A stretch of DNA of 64,000 nt from the human T2T-CHM13v2.0 reference genome, Homo sapiens (GCF_009914755.1 NC_060935.1), one strand, 5' to 3'. Shown: positions 12,280 to 27,307, numbered from the stretch's first letter. Notes: generated from the sequence alone by a model not told the origin. Program-made: numbers and translations.

Positions 12280-15200
12280 AGAATCAAATAGACACAATAA
12301 AAAATGGTAAAGGAGATATCACCACCAATCCCACAGAAATGTAAACTACCATCACAGAATACTATAAATGCCTCTATGCAAATAAACTAGAAAATCTAGA
12401 AGAAATGAATAAATTCCTGGACACATACTCCCTCCCAAGACTAAACCAGGAATAAGTTGAATCCCTGAAAAGAACAGTAATGGGCTCTGAAATTGAGGCA
12501 ATAATTAATAGACTACCAACCAAAAGAAGTCCAGGACCAGTTGGATTCACAGCCAAATTCTACCAGAGGTACAAAGAGGAGCTGGTTCCATTCCTTCTAA
12601 TACTATTCCAATCGATAGAAGAAGAGGGAATCCTCCCTAACTCATTTTATGAGGCTAGCATCATCCTGATACCAAAGACTGGCAGAGACACAACAAAAGG
12701 AAAAATTTTAGACCAATATCCCTGATGAACATCAATGTGAAAATCCTCAATAAAATACTGGCAAACCGAATCCAGCAGCACATCAAAAAGCTTATCCACC
12801 ATGATCAAGTGGGCTTCATCCCTGGGATGCAGGGTTGGTTCAACATATGCAAGTCAATAAATGTAATCCATCACATAAACAGAACCAAAGACAAAAACCA
12901 CATGATTATCTCAATAGATGAATTTTGTCAAAGGCCTTTTCTGCAACAGTCCTTCATGCTAAAAACTCTCAATAAACTAGGTATTGATGGAATGTGTCTC
13001 AAAATAAGCTGTTTATGACAAACCCACAGCCAGTATCATACTGAGTGGGCAAAAACTGGAAGCATTCCTGTCGAAAACTGGCACAAGACAGGGATACCTT
13101 CTCTCACCACTCCTATTTCAACATAGTGTTGGAAGTTCTGGCCAGGGCAATCAGGCAGGAGAAGGAAATAAAGGGTATTCAAGTAGGAAAAGAGGAAGTC
13201 AAATTGTCCCAGTTTGCAGATGACACGATTGTATATTTAGAAAACCCCATCATCTCAGCCCAAAATCTCCTTAAGCTGATAGGCAACTTCAGCAAAGTCT
13301 CAGGATACAAAATCAATGTGCAAAAACACAAGCATTCCTATTCACCAATAAGAGAAACAGAGCCAAATCACGAGTGAACTCCCATTCACAATTGCTTCAA
13401 AGAGAATAAAATACCTAGGAATCCAACTTACAAGGGATGTGAAGGACCTCTTCAAGGAGAACTATAACCTACTGCTCAATGAAATAAAAGAGGACAGAAA
13501 CAAATGGAAGAACATTCCATGCTCATGGGTAGGAAGAATATCGTGAAAGTGGCCATACTGCCCAAGGTAATTTATAGATTCAATGCCATCCCCATGAAGC
13601 TACCACTGACTTTCTTTGCAGAATTGGAAAAAACTACTTTAAAGTTCATATGGAACCAAAAAAGAGCCTGCATTGCTAAGATAATCCTAAGCAAAAAGAA
13701 AGTTGGAGGCATCAGGCTACCTGACTTCAAGCTATACTACAAGGCTACAGTAACCAAAACAGCATGGTACTGGTACCAAAACAGAGATCTAGACCAATGG
13801 AACAGAACAGAGCCCTCAGAAATAACACCACATATCTACAACCATCTGATCTTTGACAAACCTGACAAAAACAAGCAATGGGGAAAGGATTCCCTATTTA
13901 ATAAATGGTGCCAAGAAAATGGGCTAGCCATATGTAGAAAACTGAAACTGGATCCTTTCCTTACAACTTACACAACAATTCAAGATGGATTAAAGACTTA
14001 AATGTTAGACCTAAAACCATAAAAACCCCTAGAGGAAAACCTAGGCAATACCATTCAGGACATAGGTATGGGCAAAGACTTCATGACTAAAACACCAAAA
14101 GCAATGGCAACAAAAGCCAAAATGGACAAATGGGATCTAATTAAACTAAAGTGCTTCTGCACAGCAAAAGAAACTACCATCTGAGTGAACAGGCAACCTA
14201 CAGAATGGGAGAAAACTTTTGCCATCTACCCATCTGACAAAGGGCTAATATCCAGAATCTACAAAGAACTTAAATTTACAAAAAAAAAAAAAATCAAACA
14301 ACCTCATCAACAAGTGGACAAAGGATATGAACAGACACTTCTCAAAAGACAACATTTATGTAGCCAACAGACACATGAAAACAATTGGTCATCAGATAAA
14401 TGCAAATCAAAACCACAATGAGATATCATCTCACACCAGTTACAATGGTGATCATTAAAAAGTTAGGAAACAACAGGTGATAGAGAGGAGGTGGAGAAAT
14501 AGGAACACTTTTACACTGTTGGTGGGAGTGTAAACTAGTTCAGCCATTATGGAAGACAGTGTGGTGATTCCTCAGGGATCTAAAACTAGAAATACCATCT
14601 GACCCAGCAATCCCATGACTGGGTATATGCCCAAAGGATTATAAATCATGCTACTATAAAGACACATGCACACGTATGTTTACTGTGGCACTATTCACAA
14701 TAGCAAAGACTTGGAACCAACCCAGATGTCCATCAATGATAGACTGGATTAAGAAAATGTGGCACATACACACCATGGAATACTATGCAGTCATAAAAAA
14801 AGATGAGTTCATGTCCTTTGTAGGGACATGGATAAAGCTGGAAACCATCATTCTGAGCAAACTATTGCAAGGAGAGAAAAATCAAACACTGCATGTTCTC
14901 ACTCATGGGTGGGAATTGAACAATGAGAACACTTGGACACAGTGTGGGGAACATCACACACCGGGGCCTGTTGGGTGGGGGGATGGGGGAGGGATAGTAT
15001 TAGGAGAAATACCTAATGTAAATGACGAGTTAACGGGTGCAGCAAACGAACACAGCACATGTATACATATGTAACAAACCTACATGTTGTGCACATGTAC
15101 CCTAGAACTTAAAGTATAATTTAAAAAAATGAAAGTGGGACTGAGGAGGTTCAGAAGTCAGTTATGGAGTTGAACGGTTTGTCTGCAGAGTCTAAGTCTT

Positions 15201-15732
15201 CTCCATGGATACCAGAAACTGGGATGAAGTAGAGAGCTTATCCAGGTAGAAAAATCCTCAATGATGTTCTTCCGTAAGTTTCAACATGTCTTTAAGTAAG
15301 GAGGAACAATAAAAGGGTGACATTTGCAGCTAATGCCATATGGTCATGAGCTTTTGACAAAAGATGGAAGAACAAAACTCTGGAAACAGTAATAAGTAAC
15401 CCCAAACTTATCTGTTTTGTATTGAGGTGCATGAGACAGAGATTGACCACCATTGAGGGCTAAGGGTAAGTACTGTTCTTGATTAAAAAGCTCCCCCTTC
15501 CCCCACTGTTGTAGTTTTGGAATGTTTGACATTTTAGAAGTATTTATGGAAGAGTTCCAGAAAGTTGAGAACACAGTACACTCAATGTAAGGAAGATGTA
15601 GAATTTGAACCTAGGGCACACAAACACAAAACTTTTGCTTTTAACCACTGTGGAAATCTTAGGCAAATTGCTTAGACTGTACTTCACATCTCTGATCTGA
15701 GAAGTGGAGATTAAAGAAGTTCACATCTCATT

Positions 15733-15880
15733 AAAAATTAGCTGGGTGTGGTGGCATGTTCCTCTGGTCCCAGCTGCTTAGGAGGATCGGCTTCAGCCCA
15801 GGAGGTTGGGGCTGTGGTGAGCTATGTTCGTGCTGCTGCACTCCAGCCTGGGCAGCAAAGTGAGGCCCTGTTTCAAAAAA
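15733..15880 (+). mobile_element. Alu right-arm monomer (FRAM/AluJ-like)
   Basis: AAAATTAGCTGGGTGTGGTGGC...GCCCAGGAGGTTGGGGCTGTGGTGAGC...CCCTGTTTCAAAAAA. Confidence 0.85.
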
Positions 15881-15934
15881 AGTTGTTCTCTCGTTCCTGC
15901 AGAAGGTAAACTCACAAAAGAAATCAGACAACAT

Positions 15935-16405
15935 TACATAAAGACGACATTTGTATATACGTTTATAGCAGCCCAATTCACAATTGCAAAAATGTGGGAC
16001 CAGCCTACATGTCCATCAGCCAACAAGTAGAGAAAATTGGTGCGTATACATACATAATATGGGATACAACTCAGCCAGAAAAAGGAGTGAAATAATGGCA
16101 TTTGCAGCAACCTGAATAAAGTTGGAGACCCTTGTTCTCAGTGACAGTAATTCAGGAATGAAAAACCAAATATTGTATGTCCTCACTTATAAGTGGGAGC
16201 TAAGCTATGAGGATGCAAAGTCATAAGGATGATATAATGGACTTTGGGGACTCCGTGAGGAAGGATGGGAGGGGGTGAGGAATAAAAGGCTACACACTGG
16301 GTCCAGCATTTACTGCTTAGGTGACAGGTGCACCAAATCTCAGAAATCACCACTAACCCATGTAACCAAAACCCCCCGTTTTCCAAAAATTATTGAAATA
16401 AAAGA
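15935..16405 (+). mobile_element. L1PB-type 3' end (5' truncated)
   Basis: FIAAQFTIAKMW peptide; CTTATAAGTGGGAGCTAAGCTATGAGGATGCAAAG 3' UTR signature. Confidence 0.88.
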
Positions 16406-19400
16406 AATGAGACTTAGGAATGGAGATCGGGGTGAAAAAGGAAGTCTAAAGATTTAGGCATAACTTGGTCAAAGACAAATCTTGTAAGTGTCAGAACTGG
16501 CACTGGGGCTGTGGTCTATACTCAACCATGGCAGTATATCACTTCTTTCATGGACAAGAATGAGCTCAAGTTTGATCTCAGAGCCAGAATCCTGGATGTA
16601 CTTCTTGTGAGGCTGGGAAGGTGGCTTTAAGAAAAATGCTTTCCCTATTATAGCATCAGTATTCCCATTTGAGGGAAATTCTCAGGCTTCAGAGATGTAT
16701 ATAAGTCCCTCAGTTGGTATTTATATCTCCATGTACTCCAATTAAGCATCTGGGCTAACAAGTTTAGAATTTTATCCTAGAATTGAACATGAACAATGTT
16801 TATTTCAGAGAAATTATAACACTGAACTGATAAAGTTATAGACTGAGAGTCCAATATTCAATATTCAACTTGTTGTTGTTGGTATTGTGTTGGTCTGACT
16901 TTTCATCTTTGATTGACCTACATATGGGAGACCTAGCTATACAATAGGATTGAATGGGAAAATCTGAGTAGTTGCATTCAAATGAAGGTTTAAGATATTT
17001 AACGACACCAAGCTCTATGTTTGTGTTGCAGAGCCCCGTCAGCCAGTGGCATAATCTCATTTGGGGGCCAGGGCGCCCTCTCCTGGACAGTGTTAGAATG
17101 GGGACAGTGTTAGAATGTCAATGTTTGCTTCTGATTCAGATCTGTTTCCAAGACTGAATATGTATCTCTTCTGTTTAACTTAAGATATTTTCCTATAGTG
17201 AAAGGTAACCCTTTTTCCTGCACATCTGAGGCATATCTCCCTTAAGTTGGAACAATGAGATTTTGAAAGTTTGTGCATCAAATTAAGGGATGAGGACTTA
17301 CTGTAACCTTAAGGATAATTCAACAAGTACGTTGGTTTATTGGATACTTTTAGTTTTCAAATGTTGTACAAGGCATCCAGATACAGAATAGACTGAGATA
17401 CTAAGTTTGTCAAAGCAGAGTTTATCCACTGGAGGTGGTAAATGCTAGATATGAATCTGGATATGAATTTCAAAATCTAGATATGAATCTGTATAGACTG
17501 ACAGCCAAATAAAAAAGTAGGACTAAGGGTACAGCATACATGCAGGATAGAAGGATCCTGTATATTTTGGCCACTACCAGCAATTTCACACAGACTGTAA
17601 GATGTAAGCTTGGGGAGCAGGTTGCAAGCTTCTGGAAGTTCCCAGCTTCTCCCGAGGTTCTATAGAGTTAGAATCCTCTGAAAGGGGAGTGGAAGTGAAA
17701 ATGAGATCCTTCCCATAATGATTCTACTGCATTAGCCCCCTTCCCTGACTATATTAGCTCCTAGCCTGAAAGAGAAGGTCAGGTTGTATCTCCCAGGCTT
17801 AGAGCTAGCCCTTCCTGAAGACACAGGGACAGCAGTAATGTTGATAATGCTGTTTAAGCATTTGTCATGTTTGTCTTACTAGGCCCTTCATATGCAATAT
17901 CCAAGTTATAACTACTATCCAAACAGATTATTCAATTTATGCTTGAAGAACTGGAAATGATGTAACTTGCTTGAGGTCACATAGTGAGTATGTAACTGGG
18001 CTAGCTTTGCAAACTCAAGCCTTTGAAGCTTCAGAGGCCATGCCTTGTCACACATCCTGAAGTGTGACGCTCCAACCCATGAACATCCTATTGGAACACT
18101 TGAAGAAAAAAACTGCTTCTTCAGTTTTTCACTGAGAAAACGGATGTTAGAGAAGGTTTCATTCAAAAAGATGTGAAGGAGATCTACCATTCCACCCACA
18201 AGGAGAGTCCTTTCCACAATATAAACTGGAGTGGGGGAAAAATCTCTTCAGTATCTAATTTTGAAGAGTTGCTATTCAGTTGTCTTAAATAATTTAGGAC
18301 CCTACCATCACCCCCTAATACTGTGAAGAGATTAGACTTTAGACAGATAGGGGACTGGAGTTCAGCCTGAGTCCCAGGAAACTCATCCCCACCCTGGGAA
18401 GGTCTTTGATTTCTACTTGGTGTCCCCAGAATAGCTGCAGATACTAGGAAGGCCAGATGCAAGAAACAAGGGGACTTGGATACAAGGGATTATGACTCAG
18501 TTAATGGGTCTGTTCCTTCCTTCTGGACCAACCCTGGCATGCCAGGAACAGCTGTATCTTAAGTTTAGATTCTGTGCTCATCCTTCTAGGACAAAGCCTG
18601 CTATTAACTTTCTATATTGAGGAAAGTGGGGAGGGCTCAGATCCCAGATGGAATTCCCTAGACACCTGAGCAGAATGCTTATAAGTGCAAGGTCTCTGAG
18701 GCATTTGTAGAGCCCCAGGCTCTTACTGACATGACCCAGCCCAGGTAAGAACATCTTACAAAGAATGATATAGAAAAAGAATAGGGGTCATAGGGAGGAG
18801 TTCCCAGCTTAAGAATGAATAGACCTTGGGCAGTCAACTTAGCTCATACTCCTTTAAGTCTAAGGCAGGACTCAGGAAAGGCATTCTCTGGGAAGGGGAT
18901 TTAGAATGGGTAGAGTTCCCACAGAGCCACAAACAAGGAGACTGATGAAGCCTCTAGTTCACTAATGACAATACAAGACCTTTTAATACATCACCATGTT
19001 CTTTAAATTTTTTTATTTTATTTTATTCTTATTCAACAGAGCCAGGTACTGTGCTAGCACATGACTTCTAGTAAGACAGGCAAGATCACCACTCTATTAG
19101 AACTTATTCTGTTTGGGGAAAGATACATCAGAAGACAATTCAGAGAACTATTCAGACAGTACAGAAATAGGGCGTGGAACCAAGAATCAAGGCAAGGTTC
19201 ATTAAAGTGGATATCTAAGCTATGGCAAGGTGAACATGTAAGGATTCACTAGGCGAGAGAGGAAGGAAGAACGTCATTTCAGTATCAGGAAAGAACATGT
19301 ATTCTTCTCAGAAGCAAAAGGACATGTTGCAGTTGGGAAACACAAATGCAGTCTCATTGGACGGTAGTAAGCAGGATGAGGAATGGTAAAAGCCATGGCA

Positions 19401-19920
19401 GGTTATGGTGGATGTGTTTGGATGGATCACTCAGATGAGAGGTTGCTTTGCAGAATGCTTATGCTCATAGCATCCCTGCACAGAAGCTGCAGTAGACTAC
19501 TGTATTTAAGGTATGAGAACTGCTCCTGACAAATGAGGTATGAATTAAAGAGCTACTCTCAGTGTTAGGATCTTAGGGGAAAAGACAGGGGTCAAAAACT
19601 TATCCCAAGAGTCGGTCCTCCCCATGTAGCAGCTGAAGTGCATCTCTCTAGTCAAGGATATGCTCTTCAGTTTCACAACATGTTCCCAGAAATGAATAGG
19701 AAGAGATGAAATGGAGGTATCCATCAAGAAACAGCCCTGTATGTTGTCAGGTATGAGGAAGGAAAGCGAGAGAAGATAAATTCTACCTTCTCCAGAGTTC
19801 CAGGTCAGTCCAGAGGGGACATCTGACATGGCTGGAACAAGGTCTGTGATACCAGAGACACCTATTGGATTTCATGAAAAGTCACTTCCTCTTGTGTCCA
19901 CAATTCACCAAGCAATTCAG

Positions 19921-19961
19921 ATCACAGATGAGACCAGTTCACACTTGGTCTCATCTGTGAT
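19921..19961. repeat. Perfect 16-bp inverted repeat with 9-nt spacer
   Basis: ATCACAGATGAGACCA (19921-19936) and TGGTCTCATCTGTGAT (19946-19961). Confidence 0.95.
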
Positions 19962-20446
19962 TTGTGCCTGTAAGTTCCTCCTATAACATGATCTCTGCAC
20001 AAATCTAGAAGGGAGCCATTTGCCAGGGAAAAAGTGAAGGGATTCAAATTGCATTAGAAGGAAAGATGGACCCTGAAACAGCTTTCTCACTAATATAGGA
20101 GGGGTAATAGCTGTACTTAGGAATCATGGCAACAGAAAAATCCACTTGGTTGAGTCCTGTTAATTTTTCCATTCAAGAACTCTACATTTCTGGAGTATAA
20201 CAAAACTTTTCCACATTACAGCTTTGTTTAGTAGGACATATTCAAGCTATAAAAGCCATTTGATTAGACATACAAGTAAAATAGAAAAGTCTCCCTTTAT
20301 TGTAAATCTAAATATCAGAGGAAAGATTATCTAGCCCCCGATTGTCATGAGTTTATAGCTCTTTTGCCTTTAGGATTAGTTCTGTGACTTGTCAACTTTC
20401 AGATTCTGTGTCCTACTGAGGAAGCAATCTTCTTGTCAAGAGATAA

Positions 20447-20930
20447 TACTGGGTAAAGATTATATACTGTTGGGATCTGGTCTGATATATTCATGAAATA
20501 ACAAGTGGCATAGTCAAAGGGGCAGTTGAAGGGACTATCTGCAGAGGCTTGACAAGAGTTAAGGAACTTGACAAGGGATGGGGAGGCACTGGGACTAACA
20601 GTAAGCAGCACAACTTAGCCTAGAACTGACCGGGCAAAGCAGGGCATGGTTACCAGAAAACACAAAGGGTCACTTCAGGAGCTGGGGCCTTTGGTAGAAG
20701 ATCAAGACACTGCCAAACATAGCTGGTAGGAAGGGAACTAGAGAGTAGGTCTCTAATCTCTGGTTTTACCCTCATATCTCCTGTTAGTGCCTCACATTGA
20801 CTGAGCCCACCTGGAAAATAGAGGACAAGGGAATCTGGGTGATACAGCCCATGAGTAAAATATAGCATCTGAGACATAGAACAGGGATCTATGCAAATGG
20901 AGAGTGCAAGTGAAGAACAACCAGAATATA
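20447..20930 (-). mobile_element. LTR33-like ancient ERVL LTR
   Basis: Motifs GAGTTAAGGAAC...GGCACTGGGACTAACAG and TGCCTCACATTGACTGAGCCCAC resemble the reverse of LTR33; degenerate. Confidence 0.55.
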
Positions 20931-22387
20931 GGTTAAGGAAGCCAAGCCACCTCCTTCCAACTAAATCCATCACTCCATTCTACCTGATGACTTCACAGGC
21001 CACTTCCTGTGTACTCCTTTCCTTCCCAGCCCCAATGACTCAGCCTTTTTATTTTCCCTATTTTGCAGTTATTGCCAACATTATGTCTACTTGTCATAAT
21101 CTTTGAGAATCTGAAGGTGAGCCCAGCTTATGGAGAGGTTTTATGGGATAATGTCAGACTTACAGCAGTCACCCTCCCAAGCACCACAGCTTCCTGGAGA
21201 TAGACATTCCAGAGTCTTTTGAAGTTTGAACATTTTTGGCTTTGCATGTTAGTCTCAACAGAATAAAGAACTAATGCTTAGTGTTACTGTCAGGCCCTGC
21301 ATTTTCATTTAGTCATGACAACTTCTCTAGGCCATGGCTTTAAGTTTGTTGCAAAGTGTAGTTAGTTGTATTTCACTAATGGGATAAAGCAGTTCACCTA
21401 AGCTCTCACTGCCAAGATCTGAAGACAGATCTAGAAAAGTCCTAAGCCCAGATTGCTGACTATTCTGTAGTCAACCTAACTAGGCTTAAGATGTACTGCA
21501 TTAAACTTCTTACACGCTCCTCACCTTTCATATTCCTCTGATATATAAGGAACACATTCTGGTATAGTCTTTTAGACAAAGATTTAAAAAAAAAAAATCA
21601 GACAACACATTGTTTTCATGTATTTGCTTTAAATTGACATCTTTTTAGTGAGTTGCTCTGGACTTCAAGTAAGGGTGTTTCATGGCCAAACATTTGTCTT
21701 AGGCTTCATGCTACTCTGCACTGAATGTCTTCTTCCTCCCTGCTGATAACCCTCTGTTTCTGGAGCCTTTTCTTCATATTCAGTCTTCATGAAGGGAGGA
21801 GGCCCTTGCCAGGCTTTGCCTTTGGGTATCAAATACGCATAAACTGAGCTTTGGTCAGCTTTCATCTTTCAGAAATCACTTTGTTTCTATACCCTCTGGA
21901 AGGTGTCATCTTTACCACCCCAAGTCTCTGCCTTGTGATTTTGGCCTGCAAATTAGACATTTCAGCTCATCCAGTAGTCAATTCTGGTCCCAGGCTTAAG
22001 CTTTGGTTTACCATAGAGCCTAGATAGTCCCAGGTGTCTCTGACCCTCTGACACTTCAGTGCATCTCCTTTTCTTTCAAGTAGCTGTACACTCTAAAACC
22101 TTCCAACATGATCTCAAGCACCACCTCATAGCCTACCTGCAGTGGTAAATGACCAGATAGTTATTTGCTTTAGGTCAGTTCATTCACTGATGCAAGAATA
22201 TCACTCCTCGAAGGTCATACTGCAAAAAGATGTATTTCATTCAAATGAGTGTTTTGGCTTGTACTTTCTAAGATTTTGCGAACATTTTAGTATAATGTGA
22301 CACTGACGTTCTAGAATTTCTTCTAAAGATGACTTATCTAACATCTAGTCAGTGACCCTATTATTATAGGAACTTAGAGTAAAATAT

Positions 22388-22403
22388 TGTCTTTTATTTC
22401 CAG
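22388..22403 (+). promoter_or_regulatory. Splice acceptor for the OR52M1 coding exon
   Basis: TGTCTTTTATTTCCAG|G, 57 nt upstream of the ATG; typical of ORs with non-coding 5' exons. Confidence 0.65.
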
Positions 22404-22460
22404 GAAAAACATCCTGTTGCGTTTAGTGGTACAAGTGAGAAGGTTCACATATAAATAGCC

Positions 22461-23414
22461 ATGCTCACTTTTCATAATGTCTGCTCAGTACCCAGCTCCT
22501 TCTGGCTCACTGGCATCCCAGGGCTGGAGTCCCTACACGTCTGGCTCTCCATCCCCTTTGGCTCCATGTACCTGGTGGCTGTGGTGGGGAATGTGACCAT
22601 CCTGGCTGTGGTAAAGATAGAACGCAGCCTGCACCAGCCCATGTACTTTTTCTTGTGCATGTTGGCTGCCATTGACCTGGTTCTGTCTACTTCCACTATA
22701 CCCAAACTTCTGGGAATCTTCTGGTTCGGTGCTTGTGACATTGGCCTGGATGCCTGCTTGGGCCAAATGTTCCTTATCCACTGCTTTGCCACTGTTGAGT
22801 CAGGCATCTTCCTTGCCATGGCTTTTGATCGCTACGTGGCCATCTGCAACCCACTACGTCATAGCATGGTGCTCACTTATACAGTGGTGGGTCGTTTGGG
22901 GCTTGTTTCTCTCCTCCGGGGTGTTCTCTACATTGGACCTCTGCCTCTGATGATCCGCCTGCGGCTGCCCCTTTATAAAACCCATGTTATCTCCCACTCC
23001 TACTGTGAGCACATGGCTGTAGTTGCCTTGACATGTGGCGACAGCAGGGTCAATAATGTCTATGGGCTGAGCATCGGCTTTCTGGTGTTGATCCTGGACT
23101 CAGTGGCTATTGCTGCATCCTATGTGATGATTTTCAGGGCCGTGATGGGGTTAGCCACTCCTGAGGCTAGGCTTAAAACCCTGGGGACATGCGCTTCTCA
23201 CCTCTGTGCCATCCTGATCTTTTATGTTCCCATTGCTGTTTCTTCCCTGATTCACCGATTTGGTCAGTGTGTGCCTCCTCCAGTCCACACTCTGCTGGCC
23301 AACTTCTATCTCCTCATTCCTCCAATCCTCAATCCCATTGTCTATGCTGTTCGCACCAAGCAGATCCGAGAGAGGCTTCTCCAAATACCAAGGATAGAAA
23401 TGAAGATTAGATGA
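22461..23414 (+). CDS. OR52M1: Olfactory receptor family 52 (class I), 317 aa, intact
   Basis: 7TM OR motifs [55 protein letters not shown]. Termini [11 protein letters not shown] and [10 protein letters not shown] recognised as human OR52M1. Confidence 0.95.
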   Translation: MLTFHNVCSVPSSFWLTGIPGLESLHVWLSIPFGSMYLVAVVGNVTILAVVKIERSLHQPMYFFLCMLAAIDLVLSTSTIPKLLGIFWFGACDIGLDACLGQMFLIHCFATVESGIFLAMAFDRYVAICNPLRHSMVLTYTVVGRLGLVSLLRGVLYIGPLPLMIRLRLPLYKTHVISHSYCEHMAVVALTCGDSRVNNVYGLSIGFLVLILDSVAIAASYVMIFRAVMGLATPEARLKTLGTCASHLCAILIFYVPIAVSSLIHRFGQCVPPPVHTLLANFYLLIPPILNPIVYAVRTKQIRERLLQIPRIEMKIR

Positions 23415-24374
23415 TTACTATTTTCTTCTCTCTCAAATAAGCTCATGGAGAAGGTGTTTAAATATGGTAGGCTGCTTCCCATTAGGAACTTTACAAGCAG
23501 TTTGAAGTATTAGGCACTGTGCTCTCCAACTTTTGTAGTTCCAAAGGAATTCTAAGAAAGTATACAACTCTAAGTCCTAAAAGGTGGAAAATACAAAACT
23601 TACAACTAAAGGATATTTGAGCTGCAAAGAAGGTAAACCAACCGTGATAACGACAAGCTAATATTTAGCATTGTTCATGTAATTCTTGAAAATATCCTGA
23701 CATGAGGTATTATTGTTTATATTTTATGAGGAAATAGGACAGAACACCCTTGCTTTATGAACTACATACAGTTACTTAAGCTGCCTAGCTTCCACGTTTG
23801 GTTGGAATTTGTAATACATTGTAAAGTTATGTATTAATACTTTCTATTCTTTGTTTTCTGTATATCCTTTAAAAGGTAAATTAAAAAAACTAAGTCATTT
23901 AATTGAAGTTTCCTTAGCTGCAAGGTGACACCTTCCTGAGTTAAGCCTCTCTTAATTGAGATGCTGTTCAAACTGCCTGTAAAAATGTGTTCTAGAAGAC
24001 TCACTTGTATGTGCCCAGAAGATTTGGGGATACTTATGAAAGAGAATGTGGCCTGAAAAAAAATTGTCAGGTCAATGAAGGAAAATGAGACAAGGTTACC
24101 ATGTCTCAATATTGCCTTTGTTGTATTCTCTGCAGGCTTGATGCATATGAGGACTGTGGAAATAAGTCTTCCCTTTCCCACAGAAACACTCCCCAAACCC
24201 TAATCCCATCTGTAGGATTCCTGCCGATAGTGTGCTACATCCTTAAAATGAATCAGCATCAAGTTGCAAGTTATATAGTTTATAGAGACACTGACTTTGT
24301 CCTCCAGATTAAATATTAACTATGTTCTAGTCATTGAGCTAACATGGATAAAGCATTTAGTTACTATTGACAGG

Positions 24375-24515
24375 ATTACTGACATAGTCCTCCCAACCAC
24401 ACTAAGGTAAGAATTACTCTATTTTGCAAATGAAGAAATTGAGGTTCCCAGAAGTGATAGAATTGCCCAAGGTCACTCAGAGAGCAATAGTGAAACCAGG
24501 AATTCAGCCAAGTTT
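24375..24515. mobile_element. MIR relic
   Basis: ATTTTGCAAATGAAGAAATTGAGGTTCCCAGAAG...TGCCCAAGGTCAC core. Confidence 0.7.
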
Positions 24516-25940
24516 GTTTTTAAAGCTCAAAGGCTTCCAAGCCTCTCTGTTCCACATTTTCCTTAACTGAGGAAGGGTGCTGAAAGGCCTTTCCTGGAGG
24601 TCTGAGTTGTCATGCACTTAGACATTAGCTACACCCATTATTTCTAAAGTCAGAAGTATACAGATCAAAAAGCAGTTTCTTTCAGTGCTGTTTCCAGAGG
24701 AAGGACAAAACGTAAATCTAGGTCTGCTCACTAATTCTACAACTCCATAAAGTCAAGAAAATGTTGAATACACTAGGCTTTAGGTAGAAACCAAACTGAC
24801 CAAAGGAGTAGTCAAGTGCAAAGGAAAGAGCACTGCATGAAACCAGAGAAACTTTTCTAGTTTCTCTTTGGCTAGTCCAGAGAATGGAATGGAAACCACT
24901 CCGCTAATGGGACATCTGGAATGTGTGATCATTTAGGGATCCAATTACATGCATCTCTAACTTCCATCCTATCACACCGTAATGAGTAGCTTTCCCTAAA
25001 CTTTCATCCGAGTTTAGAGGAATTGAGTATTCTTCCTATGAATGGAAAAGCAATCATAAGGTAAGTCTTCTGCTTTACCTATCCCACCATGGTTGGGAAC
25101 CAGAGGAAGATTTTTGGAATCAGTGCAAAGTTGTGCTCACCAGCTCTCTATGGAGCAGGGGTGAAAGGGCAAATCACAATGACCCAGAATTATCTCTAGT
25201 GTGATTTTAAAATGTCATCTAATAAGGTTAACCTCAGGAGAGATACAGAAACCTTGCTGAAAGTATACTAGAAGAAATTAGATATGAGTTGGGACCCAAC
25301 TTATGGAATTTCTTGGAATTCAGCCTATCATGTGAATGAATCTTGTCTTCATTTTCCTAAAGTTGTGCAGTCTGTGTCAGATTATAGAATAGCATGTTCA
25401 TATAATTCTAGCTTTCATTTATTGTAATATTGAAGTTGTGAAATCTAAATGTAGCCAAGGGACATTAAGTTGGCCACCTAAGCATAAAAAGGTGAAACAA
25501 CTTATGAAACATACAAGAAGCCATGAAATTATTGTGGCAACCTTTAAGTGTACCTTCCAGATCTTCTACAGTGAATGCAGTTGACTGACAGCATTAACTG
25601 CTGCCATCTACTATCCCCATGCTCCTACCGAGGCCACATTTCCCAGAAGCTGTTCCCAGTGATCCAGCATAATAGGGACATAGAATAGGCCCATTTGGAA
25701 CTGCACACTTCTGACAGGGAACTATGACTCCATGACTCTCACATGGAACTTTCTAAAAGTTTCAGCAAGGCCAAAGTTTATAGATCTTTCCTTAGCATCC
25801 TCTCTCAATCCTTTACAGATGTCAGGCTGGCATTTTCCATTAGTTCTCTCAACTTCCTCCAGCTCCCTCCTGCATTCTCCTTCACAAGCATATCCTTCAG
25901 TAAGATACTAAGATGGGATTAGACCTAAGATAGTAGAGGA

Positions 25941-27307
<1,367 letters not shown>

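Noticed and set aside
17085-17490. Short tandem duplications (GGACAGTGTTAGAATG x2; CTAGATATGAATCTG x2)
   Set aside because: Common slippage duplications with no further structure
21680-21865. 61-aa minus-strand ORF in unique DNA
   Set aside because: No recognisable homology, splice context or processed-pseudogene hallmarks
22472-23410. Antisense and alternate-frame ORFs over OR52M1
   Set aside because: Expected shadow ORFs of a coding sequence; no independent signals
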